In this document: in pieces, positions 63,634 through 64,000 of the stretch
Numbering within the stretch: the first letter of the stretch is position 1
Layout of the letters: the number at the start of each line of letters is the position of its first letter
The notes under the pieces: model-generated
Databases searched by the model: none
Seen by the model: only the letters and a program-made list of their open reading frames with translations
What the model was told of the DNA's origin: nothing
Position numbers and translations under genes: made by a program
IMG/VR virus record: IMGVR_UViG_3300037423_000411
Coordinates: 69,697 to 133,696 of that record
Reading direction: 5' to 3' (one strand)
Length of the DNA stretch: 64,000 bases
Source: a virus

Positions 63634-63828
63634 CTACGTACGGTGATGCTCTCTCCGGTGCGCTTGGTACGCCTGCATCCGCTCGATTTCAGTGCCGCCT
63701 GTCATCGACCAGTCGTCACAGTCCAGACACGCAACGGCACCCGGTGACAGCTGCAGCATCACACCCTGAGGCTTGGTCTTCGGAACGCGCCCGCCTCTGG
63801 CGTACTTACGCGTGAGCCACTTCATCAC
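63634..63828 (-). CDS. Small Zn-finger-like protein
   Basis: CLDC...H...H; GTGA overlap. Confidence 0.6.
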   Translation of the reverse strand: MMKWLTRKYARGGRVPKTKPQGVMLQLSPGAVACLDCDDWSMTGGTEIERMQAYQAHRREHHRT

Positions 63829-64000
63829 GGACGCCTCAAGGTCGGCATACCGAGACTGACAGTCGCAGACTTACTCAGATGCTGTTCAGCAGGCGCTGAA
63901 GCGGCCCTACGGAGACTTTCAGGGACACCAAGGGCACAGGCACCTTCGATCTGTGTCCTTTCTCCCAGGCGCTCATAGCCCCAGGCGTACCCGCACTCCT
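63825..64000 (-). CDS. 3' end of an upstream gene (partial)
   Basis: Open frame ECGYAWGYERLGE...GMPTLRRP* ending in a GTGA overlap. Confidence 0.5.
   Translation of the reverse strand, partial: ECGYAWGYERLGERTQIEGACALGVPESLRRAASAPAEQHLSKSATVSLGMPTLRRP

Overview
This window is a 64-kb segment of a GC-rich tailed dsDNA phage (siphovirus-like). The gene content (WhiG/FliA-like sigma, actinophage-type amidase and tape measure) suggests an actinobacterial host. Essentially all real genes are on the minus strand, and the long plus-strand ORFs are antisense shadows. Reading right to left: DnaX clamp loader, terminase small and large subunits, portal, zeta-toxin protein with a small partner gene, MuF, a 2360-aa protein (HipA/PI3K-like kinase plus a possible ADP-ribosyltransferase-like domain), protease/scaffold, two paralogous decoration proteins, major capsid, head-tail genes with an inserted HNH and a glycosyltransferase, tail tube, -1 frameshifted tail chaperone, tape measure, minor tails, PIG-L deacetylase, and membrane/holin genes. 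These are followed by an SNF2-like helicase, a sigma-28-like factor, DnaB, a primase Zn domain, many small early genes, a tRNA-like RNA with an expanded anticodon arm, an endolysin, a second sigma-like factor, HolB, an HNH, and a detached fibre module that runs off the left end. Three recurring intergenic motifs suggest a layered transcription program: (1) a 16-bp palindrome overlapping TTGACA promoters, (2) a (G)CCGATY element before late genes that matches the sigma-28 -10 box, and (3) a CCGTACGT element. No integrase, CRISPR array or rRNA was seen. All functional calls come from recognising motifs by eye, with no database searches.
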